Source: an uncultured bacterium (GTDB lineage Bacteria; Zixibacteria; MSB-5A5; CAIYYT01). Taken from it: DNA of 64,000 nt. Positions 41,154-51,267 of the stretch are shown piece after piece. The stretch spans positions 352,001-416,000 of the forward strand of contig CAVSCK010000004.1 in the NCBI GenBank assembly GCA_963726455.1, given 5' to 3'. The notes beneath the pieces are model-generated. The model saw nothing but the letters and a program-made list of their open reading frames with translations, was not told the DNA's origin and made no database searches. How positions within the stretch are numbered: the stretch's first letter is position 1; each line of letters starts with the position of its first letter. The position numbers were made by a program, and so were the translations under genes.

Positions 41154-42359
41154 ATGGAAGAAACTCAAAGTTCGCGCGTCATAATGCACGTCGATATGGA
41201 CGCATTCTTTGCATCTATCGAGCAGCGCAACAATCCGGAACTGCGCGGCAAACCGGTTATTGTCGGCGGGCATCCGGGTTCTCGTGGCGTCGTATCGACC
41301 TGCTCCTACGAGGCGCGAGAGTACGGTGTGCACTCGGCGATGCCTATTGCCCAGGCCGTACAAAAATGTAAGGATGGCGTTTTCCTGAGCGTTGATCCAT
41401 CTGCTTATGGTTACGCGGCACATCAGATCAAAGAGATTTTCCAGCGATTCTCTCCCGCCGTGCAGATGGTTTCTGTCGACGAAGCGTTCATTGATATCAC
41501 CGGATCGCAGCGGACTCATGGAACGCCCGTCGATATCGCTTTGAAGATCAAATCCGCCGTGAAGCAGGAAATCGGAATTACCTGTTCAGTGGGAATCGGC
41601 CCGAATAAGTTGATTGCCAAATTGGCGAGCGGCTTGGAGAAACCGGACGGACTGACGGTTTTGCTCTCCAAAGAAGAGATAGCGCGTCGCGTCTTCCCGC
41701 TTCCGGTCGGTAGACTGTGGGGCGTAGGGCCGGTGACGGAGAAGTATCTGATCTCCAAGGGAATTGTGACGATCGCCGACCTCGCGTGCGCCGAGCCCGA
41801 GAACTCGAAGAAGAAGTTAGGAGTCCGTGGCCAGTATCTGGCAGAACGTGCTCGCGGAGTCGACGACAATTTGGTGCTGGATGAGGAAGAACAACCCGAC
41901 GAGAAATCGATCTCGCATGAGTGCACGCTTGATCAAGACACGGTCGATCCAAGATTGGTACATTCTTTGCTCCTCAAACTCGCGGAAAAAGTCGTCTGTC
42001 GGATGCAGGATGGCGGCTGGCTGGCAAGAACCGTGGCGTTGAGATTGCGATTCGCTAACTTTGAAACAATCACCCGCCAGATTTCGTTTGATAAACCGAT
42101 GGATGATTTCAAAATGATCTTCGAGTCTGTTTGTGATCTGCTCCCAGTGCAAGATATTGTATGTAAAAGAGTTAGGTTGGTCGGTGTCCGGGCTTCCAAT
42201 TTGGTCAAAGAGGGCACGACCAATCAGGGGAATCTGTTTGAGACAGAAGGCGCCCCCAAGCGCGAACGTCTGGACCAGAGCATAAAGAGTTTGCGCAACC
42301 GGTTTGGAAACAATATCATCACCAGGGTTGGGACGATGAGGGAAGAGGGAGATTGTTAA
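41154..42359 (+). CDS. dinB: DNA polymerase IV
   Basis: HVDMDAFFASIEQ, CSYEAR.YGV.SAM, SVDEAF, AKLAS..KPDG; start 41154 or 41115. Confidence 0.96.
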   Translation: MEETQSSRVIMHVDMDAFFASIEQRNNPELRGKPVIVGGHPGSRGVVSTCSYEAREYGVHSAMPIAQAVQKCKDGVFLSVDPSAYGYAAHQIKEIFQRFSPAVQMVSVDEAFIDITGSQRTHGTPVDIALKIKSAVKQEIGITCSVGIGPNKLIAKLASGLEKPDGLTVLLSKEEIARRVFPLPVGRLWGVGPVTEKYLISKGIVTIADLACAEPENSKKKLGVRGQYLAERARGVDDNLVLDEEEQPDEKSISHECTLDQDTVDPRLVHSLLLKLAEKVVCRMQDGGWLARTVALRLRFANFETITRQISFDKPMDDFKMIFESVCDLLPVQDIVCKRVRLVGVRASNLVKEGTTNQGNLFETEGAPKRERLDQSIKSLRNRFGNNIITRVGTMREEGDC

Positions 42360-42409
42360 TATTTTCACTTTCGGTTTGACTATTCTGTCCAGTTTATTAA
42401 ATTATAGCT

Positions 42410-43633
42410 ATGGATGTCGAGATGGAAACTGAGGTGCTTGAAAGGACGGCTAAGGTGTTCAACTGGCCTTTTTCCAAGGTCGCGACCGGCTTCGAGGCGT
42501 CGATCATACGTGAAATCCTGAAGATTTCGTCGAAACCTGGGATAGTAAATTTCGCCGGTGGATTGCCTGCACCTGAGTTGTTTCCGATCGAACAAATCCG
42601 GGAATGTGTCGACGCTGTCCTGACGAATAGCGGTCCGGCGTCCCTGCAGTATTCCCTGACACAGGGAGTTCTGCCATTGCGCGAGTATCTTGCTGAACAC
42701 GTCTCCAAGAAGGGACTTCCGGTCACCGCCGAAAATATCACGATTACGACCGGTTCCCAGCAGGGACTTGATCTCGTTGGCAGGGCGTTTCTGGATCCGG
42801 GCGACTATGTGTTAACCGAACTTCCGACCTACCTCGGCGCTTTGCAGGCATTCAATTTCTATCAAGCGGTCTATTGTCCGGTTAGGATGGATAATCACGG
42901 CATCCTGGTTGACGAGGCCGCCAAAAAGATCAAGCAGTTCCACCCCAAATTCATGTATCTCGTTCCAAATTTCCAGAATCCATCGGGAATCACGATGTCG
43001 CTCGAACGCCGACAGGCCGTTATTGATCTGGCGTTTGAGCATCACGTTCCCATTGTCGACGACAATCCATACGGCGAATTGCGGTTCTCGGGAAAGGCCA
43101 TGCCATCGCTTCGCGGTATCGGCGGCGACGCTGTGATCGGACTCGGAACGTTTTCCAAGTTGATTTCTCCGGGACTGCGCGTCGGTTGGGTCGTGGCGCC
43201 AATTGCCTGCAGCAAAGTAATCGAGCGGGTCAAGCAGGCGGTCGATTTGCATTCTGCGACCTTCCCACAGTTTGTGATATACGAATTTCTCAAGCGCGGT
43301 TATCTCGAACCACACATCGAAAAGATCAAGTCGGCCTACGCCGAACGGCTCGGCGTAATGGAAGCCGCGATGCGCGAGTATTTCCCACCAAGTATCACCT
43401 GGCCGCATCCTGACGGCGGGTTATTCCTCTGGTTGCAGTTGCCGGAAGATGTCTCGGCCTCCAAGATGCTGAATGAAGCGATTGCCGCCGGTGTGGCATT
43501 CGTTCCGGGCCGGTCATTCCATCCTGACGGCTCAGGCGACAACACCATGCGCCTCAACTTCGCGAATGCCACTCATGAGGGTATCGTGGAAGGTATCAAG
43601 CGGCTGGCGAAAGTGCTCAAGAAGTATTGTTAA
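42410..43633 (+). CDS. PLP-dependent class I aminotransferase (LysN/2-aminoadipate transaminase-like)
   Basis: FAGGLPAP, FQNPSG, DNPYGEL, TFSKLISPGLRVGW. Confidence 0.92.
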   Translation: MDVEMETEVLERTAKVFNWPFSKVATGFEASIIREILKISSKPGIVNFAGGLPAPELFPIEQIRECVDAVLTNSGPASLQYSLTQGVLPLREYLAEHVSKKGLPVTAENITITTGSQQGLDLVGRAFLDPGDYVLTELPTYLGALQAFNFYQAVYCPVRMDNHGILVDEAAKKIKQFHPKFMYLVPNFQNPSGITMSLERRQAVIDLAFEHHVPIVDDNPYGELRFSGKAMPSLRGIGGDAVIGLGTFSKLISPGLRVGWVVAPIACSKVIERVKQAVDLHSATFPQFVIYEFLKRGYLEPHIEKIKSAYAERLGVMEAAMREYFPPSITWPHPDGGLFLWLQLPEDVSASKMLNEAIAAGVAFVPGRSFHPDGSGDNTMRLNFANATHEGIVEGIKRLAKVLKKYC

Positions 43634-43659
43634 GCCGCGCAGAATAAATCAAAGCATTT

Positions 43660-43690
43660 GAGAGCCCCGTCGATTCCGATGGGGCTTTTC
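43660..43690 (+). terminator. Terminator between convergent genes
   Basis: AGCCCCGTCG-ATTC-CGATGGGGCT stem followed by TTT. Confidence 0.7.
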
Positions 43691-43701
43691 AGTTTCCAGG
43701 G

Positions 43702-44475
43702 CTATTTCGTGATGTACACCAGGGTGGTGCCGACAATGTGGCGGATGTGTGCAAACCGGGGATCGGTCAGGAACAACTCATTGAGTGCTTTCGTGACGCC
43801 CGGCCAGGCAGTGTAATCGTGCCAGAGAATGGTGCCGTGACCGTTGCGCAATAGCTGCAGCCCGATCTCGGAATCATTACGCACATATTCGTAGCTGTGT
43901 GAACCGTCAAGAAAGACGACATCGATAGTGTTGAAATAAGGGGCGAAGTCGAAACTCGCGGAGTCGCCGTAAAGCTGCGTGATCTTGCGTGATACGGGTG
44001 CGCTCTTGAATCGTGCGCCGGATTCCGGCTTGTCGACAAATACGCGATCACCGGTCGTGATATGAAGTCGCGTTGAATCGAGTTGTTCCTTGGGCAAATC
44101 GAGTGTGAAGATGCGCCCGTCGTCGCCGGTGTTGACTGCCATGTTAAGTGTCGTACGGCCGTCAAACGTGCCGATCTCAAAAATCGTTCTGGGATTTGCC
44201 TGTTTCACCAAGGCCGTGATCACCGACAATTCCTGCAAAGTGATATTGCCGTCGTTTTCGGGGAGCTCCACGACACGGATCTCGCATCCCGGTCTGACAA
44301 TTGCGGACAGCTTTACTTCCGGGATTCTGAACTCGTTGGCGCGAAATCCGAAATGACCGGCGATAGTTGAAATCAAGCCGCGCGCTCTCCCTGACACAAT
44401 CCAGCCGATAGTGAACAGGTAAATCGAAGCGATAAGCGCGTAACAATACTTGCCGATGGCTCTGACAATGTTCAT
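43702..44475 (-). CDS. Membrane-anchored class I SAM methyltransferase (Methyltransf_24-like)
   Basis: FEIGTFDGRTT, GDS, FLDGSHSY, WHDY. Confidence 0.85.
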   Translation of the reverse strand: MNIVRAIGKYCYALIASIYLFTIGWIVSGRARGLISTIAGHFGFRANEFRIPEVKLSAIVRPGCEIRVVELPENDGNITLQELSVITALVKQANPRTIFEIGTFDGRTTLNMAVNTGDDGRIFTLDLPKEQLDSTRLHITTGDRVFVDKPESGARFKSAPVSRKITQLYGDSASFDFAPYFNTIDVVFLDGSHSYEYVRNDSEIGLQLLRNGHGTILWHDYTAWPGVTKALNELFLTDPRFAHIRHIVGTTLVYITK

Positions 44476-44564
44476 AGCTGCGCCCGTTCATTCGCTGTAC
44501 AACTTCGCATGACGTGCAATATATTCACTTGCCCGCCGACTACAATCTTGTTTATTGGCCGGCG

Positions 44565-45455
44565 ATGCGGCAAATACATTTTTTCAAATACCAGGCGCTT
44601 CAAAACGATTTTCTGGTGATTGATGCCGCCCAGAATCCAGTGCTTGGTAAGAGCCGACGTCCCTCGGCTACAACCACGACAGCGTTTCTCGCAACGAGCA
44701 TCTGCGACCGACACAAAGGTATCGGCGCTGATGGAATCATTCTTCTTGAAGTCACTGTCGGCGGATTTCGAATGCGCATTTTCAACGCAGACGGTTCCGA
44801 GGCCGAAGTCTCAGGCAACGGCCTTCGAATACTGGCGCAATATCTTTACCAAAGAGAATTCGTCGGCAGCAAGTCGTTTACGATTCACTCCGAAACCGGC
44901 GCGAATCAGGTAAAGATCGTTTCGTCATCGAGTCGCCGGGTTGTGAGTCGCATTTTCCTGGGCAGGCCGCGTTTTGCCCTGAAAGAAATCCCGATGAAGG
45001 GATCGACCCGGCATTTTGTCAGCCAGTCCTTTGCCGTAAGTTCCGGAGAGCTTGTCGGCACAGCCGTGAACGTCGGCAATCCGCATATCGTGTTCTTCGT
45101 GGATAATTTCGATTTCGACTGGCAAACTTTCGGCAGGGAAGTCGAGTGTGACAAACGCTTCCCCGATCGCACTAATGTCGAATTCGCAATCATAAAGTCG
45201 CGCAAACAAGTCACCCACCGAAGTTGGGAACGCGGCGTCGGCGTGACGTCTGCCTCCGGCACTGGAGCAGCTTCGACGGTTGCGGCCGGAATCATGAACG
45301 GATTTCTCGATCACAAAGTCACGGTCCACGAGCCGGCGGGCGTTCTGCAAGTTACCGTGTCATCGTTAGAGGATGAGATTCTCCTGACCGGTCCATCGGA
45401 GTTTGTAGGTGAGGGCATCTTCATCTACGACAGCCATGAAAAAAATACTCGCTGA
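44565..45455 (+). CDS. dapF: Diaminopimelate epimerase family protein (Ser in place of both catalytic Cys)
   Basis: QNDF, GIGADG, NADGSEAEVSGNG, GNPH, TNVEF, WERGVGVTSASGTG. Confidence 0.88.
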   Translation: MRQIHFFKYQALQNDFLVIDAAQNPVLGKSRRPSATTTTAFLATSICDRHKGIGADGIILLEVTVGGFRMRIFNADGSEAEVSGNGLRILAQYLYQREFVGSKSFTIHSETGANQVKIVSSSSRRVVSRIFLGRPRFALKEIPMKGSTRHFVSQSFAVSSGELVGTAVNVGNPHIVFFVDNFDFDWQTFGREVECDKRFPDRTNVEFAIIKSRKQVTHRSWERGVGVTSASGTGAASTVAAGIMNGFLDHKVTVHEPAGVLQVTVSSLEDEILLTGPSEFVGEGIFIYDSHEKNTR

Positions 45456-46695
45456 TTACTTACTCGACGTCAAGGCCATCCAGAGAAACATCCGGCTCTT
45501 TCTGATTGGCGGCTTGCTGATGGGCATTATGAATGCCTTTCAGCAGTTGTTGCTCAACCTCTATTTCAAGGAGGTAGGACACGGTGAGGCATTTATCGGC
45601 AGCGTGCTCTCACAGGGCGCAATTGGTGGAGTCGTGGCGGCGATTCCGGCGGCTTATCTCGTTTCCAAATTCAGAATCCGGCGCGTTTTGATAATATCTA
45701 CGGTCTTGCTGGTGGGATCATTTCTCGTACTATCTACCAGCCCGCGTGAATGGCTTATTCTGCCGTCGGCGTTTGCAGTGGGATTGCTGATGGCTGTCAA
45801 GAACATTTCGTCCGGGCCGGTGATCATGCGCAATACTACTGAACGTGAACGGACTCTGGTATTCAGTCTCAATTTTTCAACCTGGATTGTGGCGGGAATC
45901 GTCGGGTCGATATCAGGCGGCTGGTTACACGATGTCTTTCTCGACATGACGGGTGACCGCTCCAAAGCTTATCAATACGCATTGGTCATTGCCGCCTTCA
46001 TCGGATTGCTGGCGGTTATTCCGTTCGCGATGATCAAGGCAAAGCGCCCCGATCCTCGGGACGTTGCACGCTCGTTTTCATGGCAATCGCTCAAGGCCAA
46101 GAAGGGCTTGTTTTTGAAACTGACGCTGCCTTTTGCCGTGTTGGGCGCCGGAGCGGGTTTGATTATTCCGTTTTTGAATCTGTATTTCAAACTTAAGTTC
46201 AATCTCGATACCGCGCGCATCGGGCTGTATTTCTCTGCACTTCAGTTCACAATGCTGGGCGCCGTGTTGATAGTACCGATTCTCAAGAAACGCATGGGTT
46301 ATATCCGCACTGTCGTGATCACTGAACTGGCATCGATTCCATTTATGGTCACTCTCTGCTTCACCAACAATCTCACAGCGGCTTTCTGGGCGTTCCTGTT
46401 TCGTGGCGCCATTATGAATATGAGCAGCCCGGTGACAACGACGTTTATGATGGAGTCAGTCAGTGCCGAAGATCATGGTCTGATCAATTCGCTGTCGTCA
46501 ATTGCCTGGGCGGGCGCGTGGGCAGTTTCCGCTCAAATCGGCGGCGCAATGATTCAGAAAGACGGATTTGTGGGCGTATTCCTGATTGCGATCGGATTAT
46601 ATCTCGTCTCGGCGGGTCTGTATTACTTCTTCTTCTCGAAAAGCGAAGTCCGCGAGGGTGAACGCATTATCATCGACACCGGCGGCTTGCGCTGA
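45436..46695 (+). CDS. MFS transporter
   Basis: About 12 hydrophobic helices; GAGLIIPFLNLYF, RGAIMNMSSP. Confidence 0.88.
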   Translation: MKKILADYLLDVKAIQRNIRLFLIGGLLMGIMNAFQQLLLNLYFKEVGHGEAFIGSVLSQGAIGGVVAAIPAAYLVSKFRIRRVLIISTVLLVGSFLVLSTSPREWLILPSAFAVGLLMAVKNISSGPVIMRNTTERERTLVFSLNFSTWIVAGIVGSISGGWLHDVFLDMTGDRSKAYQYALVIAAFIGLLAVIPFAMIKAKRPDPRDVARSFSWQSLKAKKGLFLKLTLPFAVLGAGAGLIIPFLNLYFKLKFNLDTARIGLYFSALQFTMLGAVLIVPILKKRMGYIRTVVITELASIPFMVTLCFTNNLTAAFWAFLFRGAIMNMSSPVTTTFMMESVSAEDHGLINSLSSIAWAGAWAVSAQIGGAMIQKDGFVGVFLIAIGLYLVSAGLYYFFFSKSEVREGERIIIDTGGLR

Positions 46696-46782
46696 TTTAG
46701 TTTGTCTTGCCGGAGAATTTCAATATAATATCAAGCTTTGGGCCAATGCCGTAAGGGCTAACCGCTATTCCGAGAGAAGGAA

Positions 46783-48498
46783 ATGAGCACTGCAGAGACC
46801 AAGCGGGCTGTTGCCGAACTGATTGCCGCCGAAGTGGGGATGGACGCCGATGAACTTGCCAATTGGTTTGAACGGCCAAAACAAGCAGATCATGGCGACC
46901 TGTCGTTTCCCTGTTTCCGTCTGGCGAAATCGTTGAAGAAGGCGCCGCCACAAATAGCCGCCGATCTCAAATCGAAATTGTTCTCAGCAGTTCTTCCGGT
47001 AGGTGTCACGAAAGTTGATGCCATTGCCGGCTACCTGAATTTCACTTTCGATACGGGCTCAGTGATTGCTGATCTGCTCAAGCGTGTGCTTGTCGATGGC
47101 TCACAGTTTGGTTCGTCCGATATCGGCAAGGGACAGACGGTCGTTCTTGAATATTCTTCCGTTAATATTGCCAAGCCGTTTGGCATCGGCCACCTGCGTT
47201 CGACGATTATTGGTGCCGCGCTGAACCGGATGTACCGCAAGTTGGGCTATCGCACGATCAGCATCAACCATCTCGGCGATTGGGGAACGCAATTCGGCAA
47301 TCTGATTGCCGCCTACAAACTGTGGGGCAGCGAGTACAAATTCACAGCGAATCCGATCAGAGATCTTTACGAGCTTTATGTGCGCTTTCATGACAAAGCC
47401 AAAGACGATCAGACGTTTGAACAATCGGGGCGCGACGAGTTTCGCAGACTCGAGCAGGGTGATGCGCAGAATCTGGCTTTGTGGCAGCGCTTCATTGATT
47501 ACAGCATGCAGGATTTCAACCGCGTCTATCGGTTATTGAATGTCGAATTCGATCACCTCACCGGAGAATCATTCTATCGCGACAAGATGGCGGCAGTGCT
47601 CCGCGAGCTTGAGGACAAACATCTCTTGACGCAGAGCGAGGGCGCCACGATTGTTGACTTGAGCAGGTTCGATCTGACTCCCTGCCTGATCAAGAAATCC
47701 GATGATTCCTCGCTGTACGCGACTCGCGACCTGACTGCGCTCTTGTACCGCAAACAAACTTACCATTTCGACAGGATTCTATACGTTGTCGGTACAGCGC
47801 AGAAACTTCATTTTCGCCAATTCTTCAAAGTGGCGGAACTAATGGGCTACGACTGGGTGCATGAGCATGCAGTGCACGTCGACTTTGGCTGGGTGAAGTT
47901 CGCCGGCGAGATGATGTCAACCCGTGCGGGCAAAGTCATCTTCTTCGATGAAGTGCAAGACCGGGCTCAGGCGTTGGCGCGGGAGATTATCACGCGCGAG
48001 AATCCCGACGTCGCAAACGTCGGCTGGACGTCAGAGAAAGTGGCGGTGGCGGCGATTGTGTTCACGCAGTTGCGGGTAAGGCGCAACAAAGACGTCAATT
48101 TCATCTGGGAAGAGGCGCTGTCATTCAAAGGTGAGACCGGGCCTTACTTGCAGTACACACATGCGCGATTGACCTCATTGATGCAGAAGTATGGAAAGCC
48201 GTTGCCCGACCTGGACGCAAACTTCGGTCTGTTGGCGGACGAGGAAAAGGAAATCATCAAGCGATTCGAGTTGTATGGCCAAAAGGTTGCCAAGGCGGCG
48301 GAAGAATACGAAACCTCGATCCTGGCCGATTACTTGATAGAACTGGCCTCGACCTTCAACAGCTACTGGCAGCGTATTCGAATCATCACGGATGACGTGG
48401 AGTTAACTCGCGCCCGCATGCAGATGGCATTCGCAACCCGGACGATCATCTCCGATGGTTTGCGGCTTTTGGGAATTGAACCGTTAGAGAGAATGTGA
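46783..48498 (+). CDS. argS: Arginine--tRNA ligase
   Basis: EYSSVNIAKP, GHLRSTIIG, HLGDWGTQFG, MSTRAG, GPYLQYTHAR, LERM. Confidence 0.98.
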   Translation: MSTAETKRAVAELIAAEVGMDADELANWFERPKQADHGDLSFPCFRLAKSLKKAPPQIAADLKSKLFSAVLPVGVTKVDAIAGYLNFTFDTGSVIADLLKRVLVDGSQFGSSDIGKGQTVVLEYSSVNIAKPFGIGHLRSTIIGAALNRMYRKLGYRTISINHLGDWGTQFGNLIAAYKLWGSEYKFTANPIRDLYELYVRFHDKAKDDQTFEQSGRDEFRRLEQGDAQNLALWQRFIDYSMQDFNRVYRLLNVEFDHLTGESFYRDKMAAVLRELEDKHLLTQSEGATIVDLSRFDLTPCLIKKSDDSSLYATRDLTALLYRKQTYHFDRILYVVGTAQKLHFRQFFKVAELMGYDWVHEHAVHVDFGWVKFAGEMMSTRAGKVIFFDEVQDRAQALAREIITRENPDVANVGWTSEKVAVAAIVFTQLRVRRNKDVNFIWEEALSFKGETGPYLQYTHARLTSLMQKYGKPLPDLDANFGLLADEEKEIIKRFELYGQKVAKAAEEYETSILADYLIELASTFNSYWQRIRIITDDVELTRARMQMAFATRTIISDGLRLLGIEPLERM

Positions 48499-48499
48499 T

Positions 48500-49837
48500 A
48501 TGTTGCTTATACGTCCCAAGGAATATGAACTGGTCATTCAGCCGCGCACCGATTATCTGTCGGCGCTGACGGCATTATCGTTTGCCTCGCGCAAAAATAG
48601 TCCCACAACCATCTCCCCGATTGAACGCAGTGATTTGATTCTGCAGTTCGAGGATTTCCTGGCGAGCGGGGGTATCTCCTGCGACTGGGCGGAAACGTCC
48701 GTCGCTGTCGATCCGTCGCACAAGAAGCCGTTCGAGTTCGGGCAGCGGTTTCGTGATTATGAATCTTTCAAGCTCGCTCTGGCTCTGGCGGCAACCGCGG
48801 AAGGCAGCGCAATTTCGCTCATTGACGATCTCGACGAGACCGTGCAGATGACGGTTCTGGCGCTGCGCCGAATGGGCGCTGACCTCGAATTCGTAGGCGG
48901 CAAGAAATCGCGCATGATCGTTACGCAGCCCGTCAATCGGGAAATCAAATACCATCTCCAACGCGAGAGCGCGAAGATCGTGCCTCTACTGGTTTTGGCG
49001 ATGGCGACAATCGGCAAGAGTTGTGAATTGTACGATCTCTTTGACGATAGCCGCTGCGATGACATCTTCCGGCATTTCGTGGCCGGTTTTGAGCGAAAGA
49101 ATACGGGTGACGCGGAGCCGGAGGACGAACTCGAGCGTCGCCTGCGAAAGCTGTCACCACAGGTAAGCGAATATCGGTCGCAAGTGAATATCACCGGCGG
49201 AATAAGGGACGAGGAATCGTCATTGGAATTGCGCCCCGACACCGAATTTGCCGCCTATCTGGTCGCCGGCATGAACAATTTCAGCCATGGCAAAATTATC
49301 CTGCTGGGATGCAATAGTGCAGACATTACCGACACCCCGCTTGGACAACTCCGTCGAATGGGAGTAGAGTTTACTTCATACAGTGGCGAGAACGGGAAAG
49401 GTTTCATGGTGAAGAAGTTCAGCGTCAAGGGACGCCGTGTGGCGCACGAGCAGCTACATGATTACCCCGATGCCGTCGGTGCGCTGGCATTGGCTGCCAG
49501 CTTAGGCGAAGGAACCTCGGTTATCAGATCATCGCCGTACAACACGGTGCGGGAAGAAGCCCGCCGCCGCCGGCTGTGTGAGATTCTCAAGTCATTTGGC
49601 GCCAAGATCGCCGAAATCGACGACGGTCTCGTAATCGAAGGGCGCAAGGAATTGTCCGCCGACGCTGTTCAAACCGGCGCTGATCCTGTCTGTGCACTGC
49701 TAGCAGTTTCCGCAGCGCTGGGAGTCGTGAGCCGCGTCGAAATCGATGACAACTATGCCGGCACGTACCGCTGGGGCGATTCATTTGACCAACTTGTGCA
49801 GTCCGTCTCCGCGTCCGTCACGGAGCCGGCCGGCTAA
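48500..49837 (+). CDS. Divergent EPSP synthase (AroA)-fold protein
   Basis: LALRRMGA, PDTEFAAYLVA, LRRMGV, PDAVGALALAA..GEGTSVI, GAKIAEIDDGLVIEG follow AroA order, but several active-site motifs are absent. Confidence 0.7.
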   Translation: MLLIRPKEYELVIQPRTDYLSALTALSFASRKNSPTTISPIERSDLILQFEDFLASGGISCDWAETSVAVDPSHKKPFEFGQRFRDYESFKLALALAATAEGSAISLIDDLDETVQMTVLALRRMGADLEFVGGKKSRMIVTQPVNREIKYHLQRESAKIVPLLVLAMATIGKSCELYDLFDDSRCDDIFRHFVAGFERKNTGDAEPEDELERRLRKLSPQVSEYRSQVNITGGIRDEESSLELRPDTEFAAYLVAGMNNFSHGKIILLGCNSADITDTPLGQLRRMGVEFTSYSGENGKGFMVKKFSVKGRRVAHEQLHDYPDAVGALALAASLGEGTSVIRSSPYNTVREEARRRRLCEILKSFGAKIAEIDDGLVIEGRKELSADAVQTGADPVCALLAVSAALGVVSRVEIDDNYAGTYRWGDSFDQLVQSVSASVTEPAG

Positions 49838-49858
49838 TTCATGTAGCACGTTATCTTC

Positions 49859-51217
49859 ATGGCAACGGAATTAATCAACATCACGGAAGGCCCGATCATG
49901 GGGCAGATTGTGCGGCTCGCCTGGCCGGCGGTCAGCGCCATGTTCTTGCGGACCGCGTTAACCATCACGAACGCCATCTGGGTCGGCAGATTGGGCGCCT
50001 CCGAAATGGCGGCGGTGATAAGCTCCATGTTTGTCGTCTGGCTGCTATTCAGCATGATCGACATTGTCGGCACCGGCACCGTTGCCGTGATCTCACGATT
50101 TTACGGAGCGCGGCAGATCGACAAGGTCTCGCACACAGCGCGGCAGGCCGTATTTCTCGCCGCCGCCGGATCGGTTGTCATGACCCTCGTCGGTGTTTTC
50201 GGCGCCGATTTCATGTTCAGCATTATGCAGACCGCCCCGGAAGTTGTGCGGCTTGGCAAGTCGTACCTGCAAATCTTTTTTGCTTTTTCGGCAGTACTGT
50301 TGATGAACGAACTCTTCAGCGCCATGTTTCGCGCTTCCGGGGACACGCGAACGCCGCTGGTTATAAGTCTGGTTTCAACTGTGCTGAATATCATTTTCGA
50401 CCCGCTCCTGATCTTCGGTATCGGTCCATTTCCGCAGATGGGCGTGGCCGGAGCAGCCGTCGGCGCTGCGATATCGATGGTCGTTGGATTCATACTATAC
50501 ATAATCATGATTCGTCGCGGCAAACTGACATTCAAGTTCAACTGGCACGGCGAATATCATATTGATTTCAAGATGATCGGCCAGATTGTCAAGATCGGCT
50601 TGCCGCTGGCTACGGCAGGCATCGTGTTTTCGGTGGTGTACCTGTTTATGAATCGAATCACGGCGGGCTTCGGGACCGAGGCGATCGCTGCACTTGGAAT
50701 CGGCAATCGCTGCGAGTCACTCTCGTATCTGGTATGCTTCGGCTTTTCCATCGCTGTCGCAGCGCTGGTGGGACAAAACCTGGGCGCGAAAAAGCCGGAG
50801 CGTGCGTCGACGACAGTCTGGTATACGGTGGGAATAACCTGCGGGATCACGCTGGTCATCTCGATGGGATTCCTGCTATTTCCAAACCTGATCTCGTCCA
50901 TCTTTATCAGCGATCCGAAAGTCAAATCCATAGCGGCTGATTACCTGATAATATTGGCTCTATCACAATCGTTCATGGCGATCGAAATTGTGATGGAGGG
51001 AGCTTTTTCGGGAGCGGGCGACACCATGCCGCCGATGATCGTGTCCATCATCGGATCCTTTGCGCGGGTGCCGCTGGCGTGGTTTATCTGTTATCCGCTC
51101 GGCGTCGGCGTTGATGGTGTTTGGTGGTCGATCACGCTGACGTCAATAGTCAAGGGCACGATATTGGTGTTCTTGTTCCGCCGAAACCGCTGGCAGCTAA
51201 AACAGGTATATGCCTGA
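49859..51217 (+). CDS. MATE family efflux transporter
   Basis: LAWP, GDTRTP, NIIFDPLLIFG, GVAGAA, GQNLGA. Confidence 0.94.
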   Translation: MATELINITEGPIMGQIVRLAWPAVSAMFLRTALTITNAIWVGRLGASEMAAVISSMFVVWLLFSMIDIVGTGTVAVISRFYGARQIDKVSHTARQAVFLAAAGSVVMTLVGVFGADFMFSIMQTAPEVVRLGKSYLQIFFAFSAVLLMNELFSAMFRASGDTRTPLVISLVSTVLNIIFDPLLIFGIGPFPQMGVAGAAVGAAISMVVGFILYIIMIRRGKLTFKFNWHGEYHIDFKMIGQIVKIGLPLATAGIVFSVVYLFMNRITAGFGTEAIAALGIGNRCESLSYLVCFGFSIAVAALVGQNLGAKKPERASTTVWYTVGITCGITLVISMGFLLFPNLISSIFISDPKVKSIAADYLIILALSQSFMAIEIVMEGAFSGAGDTMPPMIVSIIGSFARVPLAWFICYPLGVGVDGVWWSITLTSIVKGTILVFLFRRNRWQLKQVYA

Positions 51218-51251
51218 CCACGTATCGCTTGCGGAAGCGCTTTCTGTTCGA

Positions 51252-51267
51252 GGTTCCACGTGAAACG
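51252..51267. promoter_or_regulatory. parS-like palindrome
   Basis: GGTTCCACGTGAAACG vs consensus TGTTNCACGTGAAACA (14/16). Confidence 0.45.
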
